Assembly: GCA_036172245.1 (NCBI GenBank)
Contig: JAYWIR010000097.1
Coordinates: 1-64,000 of the forward strand
Source of the DNA: Raillietiella orientalis
Taxonomy: Eukaryota
Direction: 5' to 3'
DNA length: 64,000 nucleotides
A program made the position numbers and the translations under genes. Shown piece after piece: positions 38,501 to 47,100 of this stretch. The notes under the pieces were generated by a model. The model saw only the letters and a list, made by a program, of their open reading frames with translations, was not told the origin of the DNA and did not search any database. Each line of letters begins with the position of its first letter. The stretch's first letter is position 1.

Positions 38501-41500
38501 ATTTTGAGATTACAGATCTGTTCTAAATATCGTGTTCGTGAACTGCCATAATTGTGGATGGCAGGAATCGCAGTCAACTATGTTGCCAAGATTAATAAAT
38601 ATCTCACGGTGGCAATACTGATAGTAATACTGATAGGACACCTCCTCTAACTATTCGAAACGTCCTATGGATTCTGCACCGAAAACCGATAAGCTTCACC
38701 ATTCGAGTTGCCTTTCTTGTTGCTTACGTAATTTTATTCAGAAACCACAAAATCCACTGATACCCAGGCCGACAGGTACAGCTTCGAATCCTTGCATTTA
38801 TATAGATTATCAAATAGAAAGAGCTGTAATAAAGATGGGGATTCAGCGCAACTTTTTTCCAACGCCCTGCAGCTTCGTCTACGAAGTAGAGAAAACTCGT
38901 CACTACCACGAATCTTCATGACTGATGATTGCGAACTTTCAGCAAACAGTGCACTTTGACAAAAGGCACTCTGAATGACAGTCAGTCAAACCTGTTTCGC
39001 AAGTTTTCATTTGCATCTGTCACTCCGCAACGCTACATCAGATTAAAGGAACATATGAATCTCGAAAGTCTGCTCAACAAATTCATTGGCTTTCCATATA
39101 GGATATTTACCTTTGATGTACATTTTTCAACATGGGAGTGCAGTCACAATAAACAAGCGAGACGGACTGTTACATCGGAAATTCAGCAAATTGAAAACTT
39201 TCACGCAAATTGACGAAATTGCCACCAAGTTTCACAATATCTTCATCCGTGCCGAATGGTTACCAGACGTATCCTATAATCGTTTATACAATCAAGAAAA
39301 TAGGATGAATGGCGCTTGAAAAAGACATTTCAGATGTTTTTCTCGGCTTACGTACTCGTCTGCTGAAATTCCCAGTTAAGCACTTTTTGAGTTCTAGAGT
39401 AACAAAAAAATTTTCCCCATAAATCTACAGAAATTGTTTCGTTAAACCATTATGGGGCCAATAGCTAAGAATCGGTCCTTTGCCTATGAGATTACTATCA
39501 GTACTATTCCGCTTTTTAGCGCTCGTTCGGAATAGAAGATGCTTACTGAAGTGAAAAGTAAGCTCCTCTTTTTTCTTTTCTTTCATGGCAGAGTAAGAAG
39601 ATATTCATACGTCATAGTTGTTTTTCGTGAGTACTTACCACATGTCAGTTCTTTGCAGGTTTTACTTTCACACCAAGCAGCTGTTTTGCATGGACAACCA
39701 GGGTACCGGGGCAGTCTTTCGCAATTCAGTTCTATAATCAAAGGGCGTTTCTCAAATAGATCTTAAGCATGTAACTCATTTTCGTTTCAAAAGAAATGAA
39801 TACAGTTCGTGAATTCTTGAATCACCTTACCACAAGTTCCACCCTTACACGAGAATGCATGAGCACATTCCTTAAGAGACCCACATGGGCAGCCCACTGG
39901 TTTGGAAGTAGCGGAGCAGTCAACTAGGACACAGGAAAGAAACATTACGATTCTTGTTTCGGTGCTAATTAACAGCCTCTTTAGTTCGATGTTCTGAAAT
40001 CCTAGAGTTTTAGAGAGAGCGTACAGTCTTAGTGATACAGTGATAACGCTTTATGACAGATTTTTCCGCAACGTGCTTGATTCCATCCCACAAAAGGCAT
40101 GACAGTTAACGTTCCATTTCCAGCATGTTCCATCTTCCGAGCAGCGTAATTCTCGTAAAGTGTTCGTGCAAAATAAAAGATTCGTCAGCACCTTCAACAC
40201 TTCCACATCGCCTAGCAAAACGCTGGCGCTATGTGCAAGCTGCTTGATTAAAATAGGGAAGCCGTAAGAAACTCTAGAAGCTCTTCGTAAAAAGAGAACC
40301 ATGGGACGGGATTCTCAAATCGAAATCACTCTATTCGCAACTGAAGAACGGGAAAGAGAATCTACAATTTGATGACATACACCTCAAAGATTCGAGTTGG
40401 TTGGAACATTTTCTAAAATGCAGCAAAGGGCACACGCATTTCTCACCCCTATCAAGGAACTCGGAGCCATTTGTTTAAGTTGCGGGAATGCCAACTGTTT
40501 TTCCTGAACGCCATGTTTCCGTATACAAAAGTTTTCATACGTAATTCAGAATGTCTGTGAAAACGTCGTTGAATAGAAATGCTCTCCACGACACACGTGT
40601 TTTGTGTTGCTCTCTCCGTCTTCAATGACAATTTGCTAGTTGGGTCAGTTATCAGAACTCTTGGAAAAATAAACTTCCCGTAGCACAATGGGTAGGAGCT
40701 GTTTCAGGAGGACTTTTAGGCTTCGTTGTGCATCAGTTTCCTGTTATGCATATTAGCAGTGTAATGACAGTCGTTCCGTAGGCATTTCCCGTATGCTGAG
40801 GAAAATTAGTAGCGAAAATAAGTTCTTTAGGAATCTGCTTAAAGAACTCTTCATGAAGAACTTGGGCAGGATAATCGAATTGCTGCAAACATAGAGGAAG
40901 TCGAAAATGTTTTCTCCGCCTTACGAAGCCACCAAGGAAGAAAAAATCTACACTCGAGTGCACACAACCATCTTTGACGGTTTCGTGGCAACGATACAGG
41001 ATAAATAGACATTAGGAATTCTTTTGCACTTTTGATGGAAAGGATAGCCCCCCCCCCCCATTGTGCTCCTTGAAAGGGCTCTTCATTTTGTGAAAAATTC
41101 AAAATGCCAGTTGTGACAATGAAATAAACTTACTACAAAATTTATTGAAGCAAATTCCACTCATGCATTTGTCACCAGACAGGCAAGTGCATCCTTCAGG
41201 CCGCTTATCACTGGGACAATTTAAATCTTTCAGACATTTGGCAAGTTCTTAGTAAACGACTTACTGCAGGTATTATTCAAGCACTTGTATGGAAACACAC
41301 ACGTTGCATTCTGAAAGCAGGGACATCTGTATTTTCCTGAATCTTCCTTGCAAATTTCTTTGGTTGAAAGAAAAATCAGGAAAGATGGTGATTGGTTGCT
41401 GAGAATGCATTTACCGCATATTCCGCGTCTGCATTCCAAACCATCGATACACCCGATATCTGTTGAACATGGACACTTGTACGCAACCTTCCTAGATGCT

Positions 41501-41507
41501 GTGCATC
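17439..41507 (-). CDS. Multi-exon locus (one giant gene or a tandem family) encoding at least 38 cysteine modules + EGF + transmembrane segment; predicted cysteine-rich type I membrane or secreted protein
   Basis: 38 manually translated minus-strand exons, each bounded by AG/GT, all phase 1-1 and multiples of 3 (69-117 nt; 18 are exactly 93 nt). Each has the pattern C-x~8-C-x-C-x~5-C-x3-5-C-x4-9-C; two have only 4 Cys. They are followed by an EGF exon and a TM exon. No convincing start or signal-peptide exon was found. Confidence 0.8.
17718..17813 (-). CDS. EGF-like domain exon
   Basis: tttcacttcAG acceptor, GTAGGA donor, 96 nt, phase 1-1. Reads ECPCMNGGKCEAKFQNQVNCTCPVEYYGSLCE with the canonical CxNGGxC...CxCxxxYxGxxCE pattern. 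Confidence 0.85.
18085..19111 (-). CDS. Cysteine-module exons, membrane-proximal cluster (3 exons)
   Basis: 19019-19111 EDCTVVPKPTGCPCDKDGDCFHHCIKGLCDP; 18264-18371 GLCLGSHLPDGCTCATDDQCASRSCLLAFTTGFRKCG; 18085-18189 VQCHRAPYPDGCGCSNTSECQHYCLQDESTGFLVCS. Confidence 0.85.
20110..20862 (-). pseudogene. cap: Putative CRESS virus capsid gene, frameshifted
   Basis: ATG at 20862. One frame off it is an Arg/Lys-rich arm, RPARRFLSPKRKASSRSKSWKRRRLTTLRDGYDTFKRRRRWNRRRRRVK. A frameshift near 20710 leads into KKRNPRWQTVDERAG + ORF 20152-20664 (…YYPYVKIKGCATKVEP…RYFGVR…WKCPWLLD). A possible further frameshifted tail VSNLLGLQFV reaches ~20110. It lies opposite rep. Confidence 0.75.
21109..21136 (-). promoter_or_regulatory. 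Rolling-circle replication origin stem-loop (nonanucleotide CAGTATTAC)
   Basis: Minus strand reads GCAATCTGG-TCAGTATTAC-CCAGATTGC: a perfect 9-bp stem (21109-21117/21128-21136) with an NANTATTAC-type motif in the loop. Confidence 0.92.
21231..22132 (+). pseudogene. rep: CRESS virus replication-associated protein (HUH endonuclease + SF3 helicase), disrupted
   Basis: gccaccATG at 21231. Motif I WRITFCNY, motif II TPHLQG, motif III YCSKE, LKQ*Q (LxxWQ with W to stop at 21757-9), Walker A RKIHWYYDTCGNAGKT, Walker B ILVVDF, KNGIIFDSKY, motif C HIIVFAN, LSTDRW. About 3 frameshifts plus 1 stop. Confidence 0.95.
22879..23817 (-). CDS. Cysteine-module exons (4)
   Basis: 23713-23817 DPQCNVPLKSPFCACNSPKDCKDNVCGRQQDKKVCG; 23536-23625 VNCVAAPRLPGCPCTSNAHCKHHCRRRRCT; 23141-23257 DSGCSKQRWRPSGCPCRTSDECFSGKCVPSESAKGLSCA; 22879-22995 EYCLVIGESLSGFLAEGCPCSTDVQCLGWMKCNRITGTCG. 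Confidence 0.85.
24171..25544 (-). CDS. Cysteine-module exons, dense cluster (8)
   Basis: 25443-25544 DTLCKFIGAPGCPCNNKNKPCQHECVTSKGFSYCG; 25157-25258 GNCKKPPLSPYCPCTSPDSCQSLECSHNFCSVDD; 24999-25091 DACAAIAVKPPTCRCAHPSHCLKSLCLNETCG; 24832-24945 GFEGACSRGNVEGCPCDSPKGCGGKDCLAIVDEIKKCS; 24700-24783 VCPRGGGCPCNPECLVCIIHTRGYICDG; 24523-24612 GICQQHTRPPGCPCTQHDECEEKFCSGKACG; 24364-24471 GCAPPYPDGCACSFPEECFNICERDAATGFLSCGGK; 24171-24278 DKCSRRKEAGCSCVSDMQCASESCVKPEPKSAFGTC. Confidence 0.87.
25787..28396 (-). CDS. Cysteine-module exons (8)
   Basis: 28304-28396 APCSKEIGETNCACAAPEDCQGRCDAITATCS; 27839-27931 VNYCTTGKHLQKGGTCPRGHSCVRTGTKGICG (4 Cys); 27250-27354 VKCVYPAPQYCPCSVPSSCVGKLICRYHDDYSGICG; 27103-27195 DDACTSTLAFPHCPCKSSFQCASGTCIQETCG; 26899-26991 DICRGGNRKEYCQCEKHGDCEKSLRCVEGICS; 26339-26437 GRLICPPNPPFPPECDCIEHSQCACGVCFKAKCG; 25928-26020 VTASDKCGKSECNCKDNADCHGESICSKCYCR; 25787-25882 GSCRYAFMPGCSCSNSRQCEGVCNLSELKCTP. 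Confidence 0.87.
29552..31897 (-). CDS. Cysteine-module exons (5)
   Basis: 31790-31897 VYLEEKCPSLPWHGAPSCPCSSPKDCSSHMCKDGKCS; 31504-31602 ATCSGRGRDANCDCFLPGDCRHPFTCDSNTHVCG; 31126-31218 VPDCGSALKSPGCDCSSNAACRNGECKKRKCG; 29841-29933 AWCTKLNKYRGCPCSSSSECSGNLICEDKVCG; 29552-29644 VPDCEQTPLLSLCNCKSPAVCASRVCYNGFCS. Confidence 0.87.
33790..34785 (-). CDS. Cysteine-module exons (2)
   Basis: 34693-34785 VPDCSQTIKPVGCSCQSNEECDSLTCESGLCR; 33790-33888 ETRPQCEKSSASVYCPCNGKKCVSGLECKEKLCS; both have GTAAGT donors. Confidence 0.85.
37538..39923 (-). CDS. Cysteine-module exons (5)
   Basis: 39831-39923 VDCSATSKPVGCPCGSLKECAHAFSCKGGTCG; 39639-39731 ELNCERLPRYPGCPCKTAAWCESKTCKELTCG; 38362-38430 EAAKKCATDLDCDLHHGCSKGECG (4 Cys); 38146-38238 EVICNAKPLKPSCPCWAPGDCDIDSCSARKCG; 37538-37630 DVCIPGLGKTNCPCPCAPRYRCSEDESTSKCG. 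Confidence 0.87.
41134..41507 (-). CDS. Cysteine-module exons, most 5' cluster (3)
   Basis: 41415-41507 GCTASRKVAYKCPCSTDIGCIDGLECRRGICG; 41265-41357 EICKEDSGKYRCPCFQNATCVFPYKCLNNTCS; 41134-41226 DLNCPSDKRPEGCTCLSGDKCMSGICFNKFCS; all are 93 nt. Confidence 0.87.
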
Positions 41508-42576
41508 CTAGAATTCACGAAACGTCATGGATGGAAACGGAGAAATGATACGGCAACGTCTTGGATATGAATACGCAAAACGTGAAACAACATCAACATG
41601 ATTGCGTTACTCTTCCGTGAGGATTCTTGAGAAGAGAACTGAGCTTTTTCGGTCATTTCATTTTAATATTTCATTAGCATCACGAAAAATAGAAAGGAGA
41701 GTTATTATCAACTTGTGGAAAGCATTTCGTGTATTATACGTAATCGCACACGTGGAAGCGATTCTCTATTTCGTGGAAATCAACAGAACGGAAACGCTGA
41801 AAATGCTGACCTGGAATCTCTGGTTCTGGACCTAAAATGATACAAAACTTGAATTATACCATCAGCATGAGAAAAGATTGAAATGTTTACAACACAAGGT
41901 TCTGGATTTCTTATTGTAGCTGAATTCATAAAAAATGCAGATTCGATCTAGTAAACTTGATGCGATTGCTCACAAATGATGCATGGCAAGAACTGATTTA
42001 GCGTTCTATAATTTGTGGTAAGCTTGCCATTTCAATCATGTGGAAATGGCCCGACCTTCCTGAATGCATCGATGTTCTATGATCGTCGCATATCTAGCAC
42101 ACATGTAACATGCATTCCAGGACAGAATCATAAAGTGATTTTCAAAATACTCTGATCTAGGTCAAGTTTCATCCGCCCAGTGTCCTTTTTCGAGGAAGAA
42201 TGAATCGCATTCGTGACAGTGACTTTTTATAATGAGGTCTGCCTAATTTGCTAGCTAGCGATTTCGCAAGTTCAACACAAGTTGGCGTGAAGATGAGTGC
42301 TTCGGAATTGGAATGCGAAAAACCAATGGCGAAGGATTGCCACTTTCATCCCTGTAAAAAATTGGAAATGGAAACCCATTCCCGAAAGTTAGCCATACAT
42401 TGAGGATGGATGCGATCGGCAATCAGTGGTGAGAATTGCGAGCAGTGCAGTTCTACGTAATACCTAAACATGAAAAGGTGATTTTCTTTTCATCTATAAG
42501 GATGCACGAATGCACAATACCGCATGTATGCCAGTGCACTGCTGTGTACATGATTCTTTTCACATCCACTCAAGCC

Positions 42577-43880
42577 TTATTCTAGAACTACTACATTCAC
42601 GTATCTTAAAGTAGAAGAAGCAGAATGATAATTACAGCTTGTCTTCACGCATCTGTCATTGGATGAGCAGCAACCTTTGCATTCATCTCCTTTAGTTCTC
42701 GAGCATGCGCAGTTTTCGTCTTTAATAAATTGCTGTTCACAAGGCACATCATGCTTAGGCTCTGGAAACAACGAGACAGCTTGTGGAGAGACTACGGATT
42801 TTGGTATGCGCTCATACGAAACATTACTGCGTAAATCCTAACATGCCGTAATCCTCTTACGAAGTTTCGGTAACGAGAGAGCGTATCAGAAGCACCGCTC
42901 GTCAAAAATTTGTTCGACATGAGCGCGCAATTGACTCGAAAATGAGCTCTACACAAAATTCAAAGAATGAACGAGGAAAGTTGGGGCGAGCAATCGATGC
43001 TTGCAAATTGCTCTCGTGACCTGTTTCAATGCTCATTCATAGCCGAGATGCCGTAAATGGTATAGGAGTTGAAACGCGAAATTCCCGAGGTTGGAAACAA
43101 TTCGGGAAGGAGTCAGATGAAATGAGAATGCAATCATTGGGACTTTGTTTCGGAATGGGAAGAGGGATGCCAAAAGGTTCATTGGTCAAATACACAAATC
43201 GACATTGTGTAGCATTGGACCCTGTAATGAGAAACAGCTGGTGAATTACGCACGGATCGGTATTGCAGGGAGTCGCAAGAACGCACGGTTGCCTGCACCT
43301 AGGAAATGCCTTTCGGGGGCAGACTTTGCAGCATAAATGGCAATCGTTTACGAAAAGGTGTTTTTTTTTCTAGTGCACAGGTAAAGCAGGCGTTCGTTCT
43401 GGAATGGACGAACGTGCATTGCCCACTGGTACAGCCGAACGGAATGAAAGTTTCTGATAAATACCCGAATTCATCTAAAGTGCATGCTAAAATAAGGTTC
43501 GGGCTGAGCATATAGATTATATAAAATAAAGGTACGACAAGCATCTTTCTTACCTAAGGGACATCCACATTTATAAACATCGAAATCGATTGAAAATTTT
43601 CTGAGGTAAGTTGACACGGATAATGCGGCCTTTCCACGCAAACGTACAATTACTGAAACAGAATGAGCAAAATTCCATTATCTGCAGGCACTGCCAGCAT
43701 TGCGTCTCATTTGCATTTGATTTCAGAGAATAGAGATGCATGAGAAGGTTGCCAAAATTTTTCACGGCCGAGCATCAGAAAGGAAATGCTTGTTTCACAG
43801 TGTTTCGTAAGCATGTGGATGCTGGCATTGACCGCACAATTTTGAATGACAACAGCAGAAGAGTGATTGAGAGCACCCTG
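42577..43880 (-). CDS. Probable small multi-exon cysteine-rich gene ending in a related module
   Basis: Exon 42577-42761 (tttccAG acceptor) reads EPKHDVPCEQQFIKDENCACSRTKGDECKGCCSSNDRCVKTSCNYHSASSTLRYVNVVVLE*. Upstream Cys-rich stretches are CRQPCVLATPCNTDP (~43255-43300), CTSGQCTFVHSRTNACFTC (~43375-43485) and QCWQCLQIMEFCSFCFSNC (~43645-43715). A hydrophobic VLSITLLLLSFKIV lies at ~43835-43880. Exon structure is unresolved. Confidence 0.4.
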
Positions 43881-44129
43881 GAATTTACGAGCTTTCTGGA
43901 GAAGTAGAGTTAAAGTATGACATGGACCGAAATCTTTTGTAACTTGAGTTCAACGTGCTATGGATTTTAGGAGGAATCTCAGCATTGTAAAAGAACAACA
44001 TTCATGTTATAGAGTAAGAATTGCGTTAAGAGGGGAAAAAGTAAAAGTTTGATGGAAACGCAAACTCGCTCATTGTCCTTTTGTTTTTCCATGCTAGATC
44101 AAGTGGTAGGGAGTGAGGCTCACTGTGGC

Positions 44130-47100
44130 GCAAGAATTGCAGGCGGTGAGCCTCCCGCAGTACTGAGATTGATAGGGATGTGGCTTTCTGCCTTGCGATG
44201 CTGATGAGAGCGATCATCAAGATCAAACTAGGCGGTTTTTCTAACTGTGCGACATTTCCATCCAAGCACTTTTCAATACAGCCCGCTTTCATCCCAGCAC
44301 TATGGAGAATGAGTCTCCTCAATGACATATCTGCAATTTCATAGTAAAAATAAGAACTGAGTGCGAAAATCGTTTTCAGTCGAATTAGGCAACACGTAAA
44401 ACTAAATGGAAATGAGAATTCATGCCGAGCATCTTGAATCCTAGAACTAGTTTCAATAGTTTTCTCATGGAGGTTTGTCGATTGCCTTACGTCCTATTAG
44501 ATGCTGCCTTTTTGGTTGGTGCTGTTGTTCTTTCTGTATTTCCGTTTCCAAATTTCGTTGATGTGTCGCATAATTTCTTGAAAACTTCTTATTCTCTTTT
44601 TCTTGTTTGCAAACATAAGCACCGTGAACGCAGAGAAATTAGCAAATTCGAATGGCCGTATTCTAGCAGAGGTTCATCAGCATCAGCGTGATATCTCTTA
44701 CTGTAAAGAACTGTTTCCAAAGAAAGCTCATACTGAACAAGCAAGAAATAAGTCACATTATAGATAGCTCACTCTCCTGAGAAAATGTATTCGGTTTCAG
44801 CTTTAAAGGTTCATCCTGAAAACGAATTTGAGATGGGAATTTTTCATTTAGAAAGGGGAAAACAAAACTTTATTTTTATGAACTGCTTTGGTGGAATCTT
44901 GAGTACGGTCCTCAAATACTTGTGATATGATTTCCAATGGAACGATCGAATCGTCGAGCGCATAATCGGGTGCACGCGTATTTGTGTACGGATGTGTGTT
45001 TTACATAGGACAATGTAATCTGTACTATTCAGCACAAATCAAAGCCCCTCGAATACCGCGTTGCGGTAACCTGAGTCTGCAAATTGCGTTCTCCGTCCAT
45101 TTCAAGTGACACAAATTGTACACACGGTACACACTGCAGAACAGTGCATTCTTTGCGTTTTCTGAATTGATCGGTGTTGAAGATTTGCCTTTTTTTCTTT
45201 CTTTGAATCCAAGTCTTCCGCATCCTTTTGCATACTAATACGAACCATGATTTCTATTTCTGCCTATGCATTATAATCCACATTAAACAGCAGGTGGTGT
45301 TTGATTTGAAAGTCAACCATATTTAATCGACTCATCTTCCGTGCTGCCTTTGAATACTCATTTTCATTTCTAAGATCCACAAAATAGATCGCCGTCGCCA
45401 ACAGAGGGATTCCAAATCGATGCCCGTGTTGTATTGAAGGAAATTTTTTTTTTTTTTTTTTTCGAGCTCCTTCGATCCTTCCCTTCCATTTTCTTCATCA
45501 TGTTCTGTTCCTGTGGAAATTTCTCTTGTGATATTAATAATAACGTTCAGTAATGAAACAGGACGGGAGACCGAAGAGAAAGATTCACGACAGTGCTTAG
45601 CAGGTTTGTGCCTCCACAGTTTTTCATACCGTTGTACGACTTTAGTTTCAAATGCTCATGTGTGCTTTTCAAAATAAGAGACAAGCGTGAAGCAGCTCTT
45701 CCTTAAAAATAGGCTGCCAAAATTCGGTTACGAATTTTTAGGCCGACTTCCAACAAAAGTGGATCGGAGTTCCTTTCGTTGTTTTGGTGCAGCGGAACAA
45801 GCATTTGGTTTCCCGAATCAGCATTCTGATCCCCCTGCTTCTGAGGGACAGAAGCAATGACATCTCAACTCTGATGAGAACACAACTGCTCTCACACGGT
45901 GTTCCCAACATGAACGCGAATGTTTGACTTTCACGAAGCGCGCTTGCTTACCTTGTTCTCCACTTTTGTTCCCACAAACTATATGCTGTTTGTCCACCGA
46001 TTTATCCTGTTGCTCCAGAGATATAGATTGTGCCGAGAAGCATGCCATGGTCTCATAAAGTCCGGAAGCCATTTCTGCTTTTACGAATTTGATGCTAAAA
46101 CACGATAGGATATTTTTTTAAGGTTCTGCTCGATTCGCTCTGCATGATTCGTCGTGTCGCTTGCATGGAGCAAGGAATTTTTTTTATCATTTTTAAGCTT
46201 CAAAGTTTCAAACTGTTTCAAGAAATAGAACGCAGCACGAGAGTAATTTCAATAGAGAAAGCACTCTGCGTGGCTGCCTACTCATTTTACTATGAAGGAG
46301 CGTCTGAGATTGGAAATAGCGGATTGCGACCTTATTCGATGAACCAGACGTGGATTTCTCTTTAGAGAATTGACCGACAATATGTACTTTGGCTGCTCAT
46401 CATTTAAGGAAGGACAAGAAGAAAAAGTCTCTCTACCTACATTACATAATTCTCATTCCGATACTGTACAAGTGTTCGAATATTGCTTTTCTTTTGCAGA
46501 AGCTTTTTTTTTCTTTTTACAAAGTTCCATCCCAAAACTAAATAAAAATTAATACGAATGATAAAATTCAATTCTCATGTCGAATCTCATACATGCAGTG
46601 GTCATTTGGATGCAAAACAGTTTCAAATTGATTCTCCATTCTTTTAGGTTGTTGATCTTGTACACATTGCTTACCTTCTGTTTTGGTCGTTTCTTTACCC
46701 ATGCGTTCCAAAAAAAAAAATGACTAATTACACTCGATCTTCATATTCAATAAGGATGCAGTGAATATCATTTCCGTCGAAGGGAAAGAAAATACACCCA
46801 TGTATCTTCATACGATGATGTATGCTTTCTTAGCACCCGATATTCTCATAGTGCAAGATCGAGGTATTGCTCCATAACGCGTCTTTTGTCTGCCATGATG
46901 CAATGTAGATTTTGGAACAGTATTGTGTGCACACTTTTCAATATAAGCGCTCACATTTATTAGAATGACGAGCCTTCGTAGTTATGATGGCTTAAATGTT
47001 GATTCAAGTTACTACTGGTAATGAAAGCAATATCGCATTTTAGCAACGGCCGAAGAGTATCGGAACGCTGGGAAATCAATTGCATTTTGCAGTATTCCAA

